DNA from: Thraustochytrium aureum
Taxonomy: Eukaryota
Direction: 5' to 3'
Length of the DNA: 32,258 nucleotides
Assembly (NCBI GenBank): GCA_012862495.1
Contig: BLSG01000062.1
Span: 106,184 to 138,441 of the forward strand
Under the pieces are notes generated by a model. The model had not been told where the DNA came from and ran no database searches. It worked only from the letters and a program-made list of their open reading frames with translations. Position 1 is the first letter of the stretch; every line of letters begins with the position of its first letter. Shown one piece after another: positions 10,920 to 22,732 of the stretch. A program made the translations under genes and the position numbers.

Positions 10920-11795
10920 ATGTCGCAATGGGCGCGACGCCGCAAGCCGCCGAAAGGGTTTGAGGTCATCGAGCCGACGCTCAAGGTCCTGGAGGACGAG
11001 CTGAGGGCGCGGTCGGACGAGTCGGTGGAGGGCCGCAGCGCAGCTGAGGCGTTGTGGCCGATCCACCAGCTCAACTGGCAGCGCTCGAGGTACGTGTATG
11101 ATATGTTTTATGAGCACGAGCGGATCCCGCGCGAGGTCTACGAGTACTGCGTGGACAACAAGATTGTCGACGCGGGCCTGATCGCCAAGTGGAAGAAGCG
11201 CGGCTACGAAAAGCTGTGCTCCACGTACGTGATCAACCCGAAAAACTACCCGTACGGTACGGTCAGCATGTGTCGCGTGCCCCGCAGCCAGCTCAAGTCC
11301 GACACGCTCGTGCGCGACCACACGACGGGCTGCCGCGGGTGCGCGACGGGCCAAGAAGGCTTTGAGAACATTTTCGGCAACAAGTACGGTCAGAGACTGG
11401 CTGAGATCCAAATCCAGCGCGAGCAGGCCGCAGAGGCCGGGGGCTATGCTCCCCCAGGGGAGAGCGTTTGGGCGGATGAACCAGTCGATACGGCATCTGT
11501 TGTAAGGCCCATTAGCGGGGACGAAGCGCCGGCAGGACCTGCTGAGGCCGCGCGAAACGCTGATGGAGGCTTCGAAAGTGCTGGCTCTGCGCCCAAACCG
11601 TTTCCTGCCCCGATGCCGGACTCGTGCGGTTCTCCGAGCGAGCCCTTGGCCAAGGAAAGGGCAGAGGCTGCGCATGCGGGCGGAGGTCGACCAGTGCGCG
11701 TGGGCGACGGCGACTCGAGCGACTCGGACGACGACGGCCCGAAGCCGGCTCGCTCATCAGAATCAGACTCAGCGAAGCGACAGAGGCTCTTGTGA
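10920..11795 (+). CDS. BUD31: BUD31/G10-family splicing factor, divergent, with C-terminal extension (291 aa)
   Basis: KPPKGFEVIEPTL, EALWPIHQLNWQRSRYVYDMFY, LIAKWKKRGYEKLC, CRVP and GCRGCA are G10-family motifs. ATG at 10920. Confidence 0.92.
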   Translation: MSQWARRRKPPKGFEVIEPTLKVLEDELRARSDESVEGRSAAEALWPIHQLNWQRSRYVYDMFYEHERIPREVYEYCVDNKIVDAGLIAKWKKRGYEKLCSTYVINPKNYPYGTVSMCRVPRSQLKSDTLVRDHTTGCRGCATGQEGFENIFGNKYGQRLAEIQIQREQAAEAGGYAPPGESVWADEPVDTASVVRPISGDEAPAGPAEAARNADGGFESAGSAPKPFPAPMPDSCGSPSEPLAKERAEAAHAGGGRPVRVGDGDSSDSDDDGPKPARSSESDSAKRQRLL

Positions 11796-11990
11796 ATGGT
11801 CGTCGTCGCGCAGCGCACAGGCCGACTCGACGGGTGCTCGAGTACTCTCTCTCTCTCTCTAGAGAGAGCTAGCCTGAGCTCGACTGGGTGCACTGATAAG
11901 TTTGGAAACGGAAGAAAGAGATTGCTTGGCGAAGGTGCCTCTAGCTAGCTAGCTCCGCGCGCTTCCAGCCCCCGCAAAAAAACCATCGTT

Positions 11991-14405
11991 TCACTCTAGT
12001 CCGGCGACAATCGCCGCTCGGGCAAGGCCTTGCGCGAGGATGACGCGTAGCATAGAGAGATCGTGCGTCTCAAGCGGCGACACCGATTGCGACTTTTCCA
12101 GCGGCTCTTCCAAGCAGCCTTGCAACAGAGACGCTTGGTCGACAGTCATGCACGGCGGGAACGTGAGCACAAACTTGCGAGACGACTCCCAAAGCAAGAC
12201 CTTCGCAAGGAGCGGACGGTAAAAGCGCCGCGGCACGACGTCGTCCTCGAGGATGCGGCACAGCTGGCCCACTGCTTGGTCACGGTGCTCTAGCGCGCTG
12301 AAAAACAACTTGTCGTCCTCTGATGGCGGATCCAACTCTTGCCGTGATGCGCGCTGTGACACGCACTGCTCGAGAAGAGCGGAGGCGGACGCCAGTGCAG
12401 AGTAGAGCCCATGGTACTCTTGAAGAAATCGAAGGGCCTGGTCATCGAGCGCGCCAGCGGCATGCATCGACGCCAGGTTACCGCTGAGGCCCTCCACGAG
12501 AAGATCGAGCGCGCCGACATCGTTGGAAGCGAATATTTTCTTNNNNNNNNNNNNNNNNNNNNNNNNNNNNNNNNNNNNNNNNNNNNNNNNNNNNNNNNNN
12601 NNNNNNNNNNNNNNNNNNNNNNNNNNNNNNNNNNNNNNNNNNNNNNNNNNNNNNNNNNNNNNNNNNNNNNNNNNNNNNNNNNNNNNNNNNNNNNNNNNNN
12701 NNNNNNNNNNNNNNNNNNNNNNNNNNNNNNNNNNNNNNNNNNNNNNNNNNNNNNNNNNNNNNNNNNNNNNNNNNNNNNNNNNNNNNNNNNNNNNNNNNNN
12801 NNGCTGTTGGCGGTCCAAGATAGTTTCCATGTAGAGCAGCCCGAGCGGCAGCACGACCATCCCCGAGCCCGGGCCGCCAAAGTTGACGCGCGGAACGCGC
12901 ACAAGGCGTTCCAAGGAGGCCAGATAGTCTGCCGCAACGCGCCAAGCCGTGGCAGAGTGCGCATTGCGCTGCTCTTGGCGGCCGCCAAGCCCCAGCGAGG
13001 TCGCGTACTGCGCGACGAAGTATTCGCGTAGATCCATTTCGTAGTCGCCCAGGAGAAAGACGGCGCTCGGGCCTACGTCGGCGCTCGCGACGGCGTTCGG
13101 CGCGCCCGGTGGGACCGTGTCGATCACGCCGGCCAGCGCGAGGATCTGCGCCAAGTGCGCAAGCACGAAGCGGTCCCCAACGCTCGTGTGCAGGAGCTGC
13201 AGAGCCTTGTTGAGGTCGCGGTCGAAAATGGCAACCAGGAGGCGATTTTCTGCCGGCGTGGCCTGCGGCTCCGCGGTCTCGCCGTCAAGCTGAACAAAGT
13301 GCCTCGCCAGCGCGCCGATTGCGTCTTTGCGCTTGGTTGGCGCCTGGAACAAGAGCACGGCGGCGACGAGGTGCTGCCACGAGTCCAGATCTTGGTCGAG
13401 TTGGGCGTACATCGTGTCCATGTCACCCTGGAGAATGTTTAGCAGCGTGCGGAGGCTGCTGTTGACCGCCCCGCCAGTGCTTTGGCTGGCTTCGGCTCTG
13501 TCCAGCTCTGCGACGATAAAGTCGTACTCTGAGCAAAAGGCGACAAGACTGTCTCTCCAGGCCTGCCAGTGGCTCACAAACTCGCGCGCAGCATCTCGGG
13601 GTATCACGGCCGAGCGCCAGGCCGCGACGTCGTCTTCGGCGCCCTCTGGCGCAGGGGCGTCTGTAGAGTCGCGGTAGCTTTCGAGACGCGGCATCTCGAG
13701 CATGAGCCGGCGGACGTCCTCGAACAGGAAGAACAGCTTTTCCTCCGTGGGCGTGCACACTCCGGCCTCGCGCTTTGAACGGGCCGAGACGAACCGATTG
13801 TCGAGCGAGAGAAAGTTCCAGGCTGCAAGAAGGTCGCCGCGCATCAGGGTGGCGTGCACGAGGGGCCAAAACTTGTCGGTCGCGCTACCCAAGTTCCGGA
13901 CCTCCAGTTCGCGAGCTACAGCGACCTGCGGGGTGGCGTCGCGAGGATAGTGCTGGTAGACCCACTCGGCGACGTCGCCTGCGATGACTTCCGAGGGCGT
14001 GAAGCACATGATGTCTATTAGGTGCCATGCGCTGCTAGCGAGTTTGAGCTTTTGAATTTGGTCTTGCACCTCTCCAGCTGGGAAAGCTGCGAGGCGAGGC
14101 GAGGCCTTGCCGGCCAGCGCGTCGGCCTCAAGGCGCTGCCAGCACCCGTCAAATGCGCTGCGCAAAGCGGCGCTCCGTTCGCCCAGGAACGCGTTTTCGT
14201 CATCGTCGAGGACGGGCCGCGGCGGGAGCGAGCCAAGCATGAGCTCCTCGTCCGCGTCGGCAGTCTCGGCCAAGGCGAGCCGTCGCTGGAGGTCCCACTC
14301 GCGCAGGTCAAGAAAGACCTTGTGCCCGTCAAAAGTCAGGCGTCGCATCGCATCTGGTGAGTTGTCCCACGACAACGTCTGGACGCCCTTGCTCGGCGGC
14401 GCCAT
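11991..14405 (-). CDS. NUP85: Nucleoporin Nup85 (Y-complex); one gap; start could be 14405 or 14474
   Basis: Ordered Nup85-like blocks: AWHLIDIMCF..AEWVYQHY, FWPLVHATLMRGDLLAAWNFL, LLNILQGD, SWQHLVAAVLLFQAP, FVLAHLAQIL, LREYFVAQYATSL, WRVAADYL. Confidence 0.82.
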   Translation of the reverse strand: MAPPSKGVQTLSWDNSPDAMRRLTFDGHKVFLDLREWDLQRRLALAETADADEELMLGSLPPRPVLDDDENAFLGERSAALRSAFDGCWQRLEADALAGKASPRLAAFPAGEVQDQIQKLKLASSAWHLIDIMCFTPSEVIAGDVAEWVYQHYPRDATPQVAVARELEVRNLGSATDKFWPLVHATLMRGDLLAAWNFLSLDNRFVSARSKREAGVCTPTEEKLFFLFEDVRRLMLEMPRLESYRDSTDAPAPEGAEDDVAAWRSAVIPRDAAREFVSHWQAWRDSLVAFCSEYDFIVAELDRAEASQSTGGAVNSSLRTLLNILQGDMDTMYAQLDQDLDSWQHLVAAVLLFQAPTKRKDAIGALARHFVQLDGETAEPQATPAENRLLVAIFDRDLNKALQLLHTSVGDRFVLAHLAQILALAGVIDTVPPGAPNAVASADVGPSAVFLLGDYEMDLREYFVAQYATSLGLGGRQEQRNAHSATAWRVAADYLASLERLVRVPRVNFGGPGSGMVVLPLGLLYMETILDRQQXXXXXXXXXXXXXXXXXXXXXXXXXXXXXXXXXXXXXXXXXXXXXXXXXXXXXXXXXXXXXXXXXXXXXXXXXXXXXXXXXXXXXXXKKIFASNDVGALDLLVEGLSGNLASMHAAGALDDQALRFLQEYHGLYSALASASALLEQCVSQRASRQELDPPSEDDKLFFSALEHRDQAVGQLCRILEDDVVPRRFYRPLLAKVLLWESSRKFVLTFPPCMTVDQASLLQGCLEEPLEKSQSVSPLETHDLSMLRVILAQGLARAAIVAGLE

Positions 14406-15167
14406 CGCGAGCTCGTCGCCGCGGCCCCATCGGAGCGCGGTCCGCGCCAAGCGCGGCGGCCTCTCCGCGTCCATCCCTTTCCGCGCGCACTCCCCGCGTT
14501 CGCACCGGGGCCGCTTTCCAGCTGGCAGCGTCCGCTCCGCCCTTCCTCGCCTTCGACGCCGCACGAATCAGGATCCGCCTGCCAAGCGCGTGNNNNNNNN
14601 NNNNNNNNNNNNNNNNNNNNNNNNNNNNNNNNNNNNNNNNNNNNNNNNNNNNNNNNNNNNNNNNNNNNNNNNNNNNNNNNNNNNNNNNNNNNNNNNNNNN
14701 NNNNNNNNNNNNNNNNNNNNNNNNNNNNNNNNNNNNNNNNNNNNNNNNNNNNNNNNNNNNNNNNNNNNNNNNNNNNNNNNNNNNNNNNNNNNNNNNNNNN
14801 NNNNNNNNNNNNNNNNNNNNNNNNNNNNNNNNNNNNNNNNNNNNNNNNNNNNNNNNNNNNNNNNNNNNNNNNNNNNNNNNNNNNNNNNNNNNNNNNNNNN
14901 NNNNNNNNNNNNNNNNNNNNNNNNNNNNNNNNNNNNNNNNNNNNNNNNNNNNNNNNNNNNNNNNNNNNNCTCCCCTTTTTTCCTTGGTTTCTTTCTCGCG
15001 ACTCGGTGATCACCAACTTGGAGTTGGCACATCATGGACATCATGGACGACTTCGCGTTGCTTGGATGGATGACCCCGATGTCAGAAGGCCATCGCGAGC
15101 TTGCGAGCTTCGGCGGAGACGAGCGTCTTATCGAGCGCCAACTGCGCGAATTCGCTGCCAGCTGCTA

Positions 15168-15210
15168 GCCAGCCAGCCAGGGTGCCAGCCAGCCAGCCAG
15201 GGTGCCAGTC
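15168..15210. repeat. (GCCA)n-based short tandem duplication
   Basis: gccagccagccagggtgccagccagccagccagggtgccag: GCCA runs each ending in GGGTGCCAG. Confidence 0.8.
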
Positions 15211-15558
15211 AGACTGGCCGAGACGAGACCTGGCGCGAAGAAATAGATCTCGCTGGCGAAGCAAGCCGAGCAGACTCGAGGGGCGCATACACGCACCCAT
15301 CGTTTCGGCTCAACTGGCGCTTGCAGCGGTCAACAGGCCGCAGGGGACAGTTGTGACGAGCTGGGCGACCAACCGAGCGCAAGGCGAACTCTGCACGACG
15401 GGGTGCATCCCAGCAAGGCAGGCGTCAATCAGCTGCGTTCGAGCGCTCTTATGCTCTTTCACTCGGCTAGAGCTAGTTGTAGGGACGTTGCTCAGTGCGC
15501 GGCCACGTCGAAGGCCGCCAGGAGCGCGGGTTTGACAGCGGCGGCCTCGCGGAGGCGC

Positions 15559-16656
<1,098 letters not shown>

Positions 16657-17857
16657 NNNNNNNNNNNNNNNNNNNNNNNNNNNNNNNNNNNNNNNNNNNN
16701 NNNNNNNNNNNNNNNNNNNNNNNNNNNNNNNNNNNNNNNNNNNNNNNNNNNNNNNNNNNNNNNNNNNNNNNNNNNNNNNNNNNNNNNNNNNNNNNNNNNN
16801 NNNNNNNNNNNNNNNNNNNNNNNNNNNNNNNNNNNNNNNNNNNNNNNNNNNNNNNNNNNNNNNNNNNNNNNNNNNNNNNNNNNNNNNNNNNNNNNNNNNN
16901 NNNNNNNNNNNNNNNNNNNNNNNNNNNNNNNNNNNNNNNNNNNNNNNNNNNNNNNNNNNNNNNNNNNNNNNNNNNNNNNNNNNNNNNNNNNNNNNNNNNN
17001 NNNNNNNNNNNNNNNNNNNNNNNNNNNNNNNNNNNNNNNNNNNNNNNNNNNNNNNNNNNNNNNNNNNNNNNNNNNNNNNNNNNNNNNNNNNNNNNNNNNN
17101 NNNNNNNCCCCGTTAGCCTGCCTGTCCTCGTCTGCGCTCCTGAACGCCGGGTGCTCGCTCGTCTCCAGAGGTGGCGCTGGATGCAGGTCTGCCAGAGGCC
17201 TGCAAGATATCACTATCTGAAGGCGAAAAAGACAGAGCGCTTGGACTCTCGTGAGACGCCCAGCCGCTCGAGCGGCCCTCGAGTCGCCCTGGGCCGATGA
17301 CGTCACGACCCAGCTCGCGTGCCGGGGCTCCTGGGGTGCACAGAGCGCGCTCGCAGCCAGAAACCTACCGTACTTACTCTACAGCAGAGTACTTACTTGC
17401 GGCGGATTTCGATGCGATGGTGTGGGAGCGACGTTGCTCACTGCTCGCGCGCGCGTCAGTGTTTGGGGCACGGGCGCGTCATTCGCGAGCAGCGTCGGCC
17501 TGTCTTGCTGGCTGTTTTGCTGGCTGTTCGGTTTTGCTGGCTCTGGCTGGCTGGCTGGCTGGCGAGATGGGAATGATGATGGTGGTCGCTGGACGAGATG
17601 ATGGGGGTGATGCCGTTCGCTGGATGGACGCGGACGGGCGACGTCGAGCGGCATGCTGTTGACGTGCAGGATCGGCTGGTCCAAGTGGTTGACAAGCAGG
17701 ATCGGCATGTGGCTTGCCTGGCCAGACGGCCTGCCGTGGTCGCTGAGCGATTGCGCGGAAATTGAGCGCGCAAGGTCCGTTTCGGGAGGCAAGTGTGGTG
17801 GTTCTGGTTGGGAAGGCACGTGTGATTCTCTCGTTGGATGGGTGCAAGCGAGGCAGG

Positions 17858-18205
17858 CTACATCTGACGATACCGCTGCAGCATGGCAAGGCTCAGGTTG
17901 TTCGCAAGGACCGCCGAACGAACGAGCCCCACGCCAGTGTGGAGGGTGCTGATCTTTGCGACGCGGCCAAGGCAAGACGCAAGATCGGCGTCGCCACCGA
18001 CAAAACGGCCCTCCGCATTGGTGTTGATCCCGAGGTCGATGAGAATCGCACCCGGCTTGAACATGTCGCCCTTGAAGATGCCCGGGCCGGCATTGGCGGC
18101 ACACAGGACGACGTCCGCGGCGCGCGCGAACACGGCAAGGTTGGCCACCTCCGGCCCGCACACCGTCACAGTCGCCCCCTCGGCGTGTAGGATGGAGCAA
18201 AATCG
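17858..18205 (-). CDS. FolD-like methylenetetrahydrofolate dehydrogenase/cyclohydrolase NAD(P)-binding domain, C-terminal fragment, divergent
   Basis: GATVTVC, ADVVLCAA, FKPGAILIDLGIN, GRFVGGDAD, GVG...AVLANN correspond to FolD ATVTVCH, ADIVVAAV, KPGAVVIDVGIN, LVGDVD, GGVGPMTVAMLM.N. The 5' part is in the gap. Confidence 0.78.
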   Translation of the reverse strand, partial: RFCSILHAEGATVTVCGPEVANLAVFARAADVVLCAANAGPGIFKGDMFKPGAILIDLGINTNAEGRFVGGDADLASCLGRVAKISTLHTGVGLVRSAVLANNLSLAMLQRYRQM

Positions 18206-18624
18206 NNNNNNNNNNNNNNNNNNNNNNNNNNNNNNNNNNNNNNNNNNNNNNNNNNNNNNNNNNNNNNNNNNNNNNNNNNNNNNNNNNNNNNNNNNNNNNN
18301 NNNNNNNNNNNNNNNNNNNNNNNNNNNNNNNNNNNNNNNNNNNNNNNNNNNNNNNNNNNNNNNNNNNNNNNNNNNNNNNNNNNNNNNNNNNNNNNNNNNN
18401 NNNNNNNNNNNNNNNNNNNNNNNNNNNNNNNNNNNNNNNNNNNNNNNNNNNNNNNNNNNNNNNNNNNNNNNNNNNNNNNNNNNNNNNNNNNNNNNNNNNN
18501 NNNNNNNNNNNNNNNNNNNNNNNNNNNNNNNNNNNNNNNNNNNNNNNNNNNNNNNNNNNNNNNNNNNNNNNNNNNNNNNNNNNNNNNNNNNNNNNNNNNN
18601 NNNNNNNNNNNNNNNNNNNNNNNN

Positions 18625-19092
18625 GAAGCGTCTGCTGAGCAGCTGCCAACGCCAGGCGAGGCAGAAGGGTCGCTGGCCTCCACTGAAGCCGCAAATGCGG
18701 CCGTAGACTTGCCACCCCCGCCACCGATGCCGCTGCCGGGATGGATGGTCGGCGCCAAGGTCTCCATGGAGGCGCTGGAAATGGCCCAGGACAGCTTGCG
18801 CAGGTACGAGGAGCGAGAAGAGGAGGAAGACAAGGCCGAGGAGAAGCGGAGACGCAGCTTGGCGAAAAAAGCCATCATCAAGCACGGCAAGTGCGTGCCC
18901 GATCCAGAAGTTGTGGACGAGCTGACCTTTATCCTCTCGCAGAGGATCAAATCGCCCCGCCGAGATCGCGATCGCGAGGACGATCGGGCGGGTTCAAAGT
19001 CCAGCAAGTCCAAAAAGTCGAGGAAGACGAGCAAGGCCGCGAAGGCGGACAAGTCGAGCAAATCGCACAAGTCGCGCAAGAACCGCGTGTAG
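18625..19092 (+). CDS. Hypothetical protein, C-terminal fragment with Pro-rich, charged and Lys/Ser-rich tail
   Basis: Frame open from the gap edge (EASAEQLPTP...) to TAG at 19092, followed by a UTR-like T/G tract. No family recognised. Confidence 0.6.
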   Translation, partial: EASAEQLPTPGEAEGSLASTEAANAAVDLPPPPPMPLPGWMVGAKVSMEALEMAQDSLRRYEEREEEEDKAEEKRRRSLAKKAIIKHGKCVPDPEVVDELTFILSQRIKSPRRDRDREDDRAGSKSSKSKKSRKTSKAAKADKSSKSHKSRKNRV

Positions 19093-19349
19093 TCGGTTGG
19101 GCCTGCTCCCGTGTCTGCAGATGGCCCGAGCAAACCAAAAAAGGCCAACCTTGGTTTCTTTGTATGTCCCCGAGCGTCGAGCACGCTGGCTCAACTCTAG
19201 AGTAGCGAGATAGAGCTAGCTAGCTCGAGAGCGTAGAGATAGAGCCAGAGGTTTCAGCTATGTAGCATCCCATCCGCGACGGCGGGGCCTCCCGCCCTGC
19301 GCCGAGCCAGCTCCCGCCCCCGCCGCCGCCGCCGCCAGCGCAAGCCCGC

Positions 19350-21165
19350 TCACGGAAGCTCAGGGGACCACTTGCGCACGCAGCCGTCGCCCCCGCCGGA
19401 CACGACCGTCGAGTCGTCGATCCAGGCCACGGTGAAGGCGCCCAGGTTGTGCGCAGGCGCAATCTTCGTCTTGCGCAGCTTCTTCTCGGGGTTCCAGATG
19501 ATGACCTGACCATCAGAGCCAGCCGAAGCCAGGTGCTTGCCGGAGGGGCTGAAGCAGAGCGAGTTGATCTTGGAGGTGTGAAACACCCACTTGTTCTTAA
19601 TGAGGCACTCGCGCGAGGAACGGTCCCAGAGCGTGATTTCCTTGACGTTGTCCCCCACCGCGATGGGCCCCTCGGGCGAGTACGCGATCGCAGACACGCT
19701 GCCTTGCAGGCCGTCCAGCTTGATAGTGGTCGCCTCCAAGCGGTCGTTGTTGATCTTGAAGATGTGCGCCGCCTTGTCGTTGCCGCCCACGGCAACCTCC
19801 GAGCCGTCCTCGGCGATAGCCGCGCACGTCACCGTGTAGGCCGAGATCTCCTTGGCGTCCACAGTGCGTCCGTCACGAACAAGGAGGACGGCGGCTTCGG
19901 TGCAGGTCACGCAGAGGCCTGGGTCGCCGGCCGCGGCAGAGAGCGACAGCGGCGTGCTCGGCAGCGAGCTCGAAGCACCCCCGAAGCCAAAGGCGCCGCC
20001 GCTCAGGTCGGCCGAGCGCAGCGTGTCGTCGTGGCCCCACGGAGAAGAGCTTCTTCTTGTTGATAACGAGGCCATCGTTGGCGGTCGTGTCGCTGCCTTC
20101 GAACCGGGTGCCCTTGCCCACGGGCGAGTAGGCGTAAACCGGGCCTTGGCTGCTGCCTACCATGACTTGGTCGCTCCCAGAGATCCAGTCCACGGCGACG
20201 TTGTTCGGCACGCCCGAGTGCGCCTGCACGGTCTGTGTCACCTTGCCGCTCTTCATGTCCAGGTAGTGCAGATCGCCGCTGAGCGAGAGCGAGACGGCCT
20301 GGCTGCCAGCAAACACGCACGAGACCTGCATGTCGTCCACCTGCTTGCCCATGGTCACAGAGCTGACGCACTTGCCAGCAGCAACGTCCCAGAGCTTGAC
20401 GGTCTTGTCGCCGCTGCAGCTGAGTAGCGTCTTGCCGTCCTCGGCCCAGGCCACCTTGTACACCGACCCGGTGTGTTCCGTCGGGAGGAGGGCCTTGAGG
20501 CTGCCAGACTCGCCGTCGAGCAGGTGGATCAGCTTGTCACTGCCGGCGGTTGCCAGGAGCTCGCCGTCCGGCGAGTACCGCACGCACTGCACAAAGTTGG
20601 TGTGCCCCTCGAACGACTGTTCGAACTTGAACGGGGGGCCCTTGTAGAGCTTGACCTTAAAGTCCTGTCCGCCGTGCGCCAGCTTGGCCACCGAGTGCGG
20701 CCGGATCGAGATGGTCAGCACCGGCTTGGAGGACAGGAGCTCGCCCTGCGCGCTGCCCGACTCCCACATGAACGCCTTGCAGTTGTTGCCCTTGGAGTCG
20801 CCGCACACCGCGACGCGCTTGCTCGTCGCGTCGAACGCGATGTCCAGCAGGGGTCCGCCGATCACGTTGGGGATTTGCTTGGTGTGCTTGCCCATCGAGG
20901 TGTCCCAAAAGTTGAGCACGCCGCCCTTGTCCCCGCTCGCAAGGTACTTCATATCCGGCGTGAACGCGACCGAGCTGACGTGCTTCATGTGCTCGCCCGT
21001 CAGCACCTTGACGACCATGGGGTTGGCCACATCTCGCATCACCACCGTGTACCCACTTCCGTACGCGATCGACCTGCCATCCGAGTCGAGGCTGTACGAC
21101 AGCCCGCGCTCCGGCCCTGGGTTGGGCGCCCACACCGCGACGCCGCTCGCCACAAAGCTCGCCAT
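19350..21165 (-). CDS. WDR1: Actin-interacting protein 1 / WDR1 (double WD40 propeller, about 605 aa); 1-nt frameshift near 20036
   Basis: N-terminal PNPGPERG, YLASGDKGG, KRVAVCGD, YKGPPFKF, GHTNFVQCVRYSPDG, SGDKTVKLWDV, SLSLSGDLHYL, WVFHTSKINSLCFSP are characteristic of AIP1/WDR1. Length matches. Confidence 0.92.
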
Positions 21166-21559
21166 TTCTTTCCCCTGTAGTTCGACCGCCCCCCGCGCCA
21201 CAACCGCACGCAGCCCGTGCGTGCGTCCACGCCGACCGCTGCTCGCTCACGCCTGAGCCCTGCTCTAGCCANNNNNNNNNNNNNNNNNNNNNNNNNNNNN
21301 NNNNNNNNNNNNNNNNNNNNNNNNNNNNNNNNNNNNNNNNNNNNNNNNNNNNNNNNNNNNNNNNNNNNNNNNNNNNNNNNNNNNNNNNNNNNNNNNNNNN
21401 NNNNNNNNNNNNNNNNNNNNNNNNNNNNNNNNNNNNNNNNNNNNNNNNNNNNNNNNNNNNNNNNNNNNNNNNNNNNNNNNNNNNNNNNNNNNNNNNNNNN
21501 GCGCCTGCTCTCGCGAGTTGCGTGTCTGCCTGCCTGCGCCTGCCCACTATCCAAGCACA

Positions 21560-21589
21560 CTCCTCCTCCTCCTCCTCCTCCTCCTCCTT
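21560..21589. repeat. (TCC)n trinucleotide microsatellite
   Basis: ctcctcctcctcctcctcctcctcctcctt, about 9 units, non-coding, upstream of WDR1. Confidence 0.9.
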
Positions 21590-22223
21590 CTCTGTGTTCG
21601 AGTAGTATCTTGTGAAAAGTAACGAACAGTTTGCTTTGCTCTTTCCCGGTGGCGCGTGAGGAGAAGAATACAACGAACAACGTGCTGTGCTCTCTCCGAG
21701 TCTGGGTAGAACCTTTCTTTTTTTCGGTTGTTTGTTGTTGTTTTTGGTTGGGACTCGGAGGACTCGGAGCTGCACACAGGGCATTTGGCGCGCGCCTCAC
21801 AGCGCGATGAGAGGGGAGACTGTGCAGTCTGAAAGCCTAGGGAGAGTGGGCGCACACTCACAGCTGCGGGCATTTGACCGCCCCTCAGAGACATCCGCCA
21901 GCGTTGCTCGTTGTTAGTCGCGTCGAACTTCACAGTGTGACGTGAAGGGGGGTCAGTGTGACGAGTGTCGCTGCCGAGCGCGCAGAGGGGAGACCTCCGC
22001 GGATCTCGAGACGATTGTGGCGCTTGGAGACGATCGTGGCAGGTCAAGAGATGTTCGCAGAGCAAGCCGGGCGACGGCGTGAACACGTCTTGGGCACGTC
22101 GCGAAGTGGCGGGCGTCGCGGCGGCATCGGGCGGAGGCAGAGCGATCGCGCTTGCTCGACTGCGCCGCGATACGCTGCGCTGCGTATGTATGCAGTTGAG
22201 CTTCGAGGTCGAGGCGGCCGAGC

Positions 22224-22732
22224 ATGGGCGGAGGCGACGCCGGAGGAGGCGACGCGGTGAGCGAGGCGACCGCGAGCGCTGGACCGGCGGTGTTCGACGC
22301 GTTTGGCCACCTGCGCGAGCCTGGCTCGGGACGCAAGGGGCCCCGCGTGCCGATCGTCGCCGTGGGATGCGCTGGCACGCAAGAAGGGCTGCGGGAGACT
22401 GCTGGGCTTGACACGGACCTTGTGCAAGCGCTTCTGGAGGAGGTCGACCGGGCGGCGAGCGCGAGCAAGGCCAACCTTCTGAGCGAGGCGGCCTCGGTGG
22501 AGGACTTCTCCGGGGACTTCGCCGAGAGAGGGTCGCGCGGACACACGTACCAAGAAGGCCTTTGGCACGCCTGGGCCGAACCCAGCTCCGGGGCACCCGT
22601 GTTCGGCCCCATGCTCGGTATGTGCCCGAGACGCGACGAGCTCCTCGCAAAGGTGTCGGCCCCTCCGACCTTGCGCGCATTCGTGGCTGCGCTGCGGCGG
22701 GCCAACGCTGAAAACCTTGAAGCGCTGCGAGT
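22224..22732 (+). CDS. Hypothetical protein, N-terminal part truncated by a gap
   Basis: ATG 22224 opens about 169 protein-like codons (…DTDLVQALLEEVDRAA…GHTYQEGLWHAWAEP…LRAFVAALRRANAENLEALR) up to the gap. Confidence 0.6.

Noticed and set aside
14970..15558. Possible ncRNA/snoRNA or small gene between NUP85 and GAPDH (ACATCATGG duplication, GGATGA)
   Set aside because: No convincing C/D box pair, tRNA fold or coding-like ORF; best explained as promoter and UTR sequence.
16657..17107. TPI-GAPDH fusion as known from stramenopile mitochondria
   Set aside because: No TPI sequence is visible, the flank beyond the gap looks intronic or UTR-like, and the nominal gap is too short. Not fully excluded, because gap sizes are uncertain.
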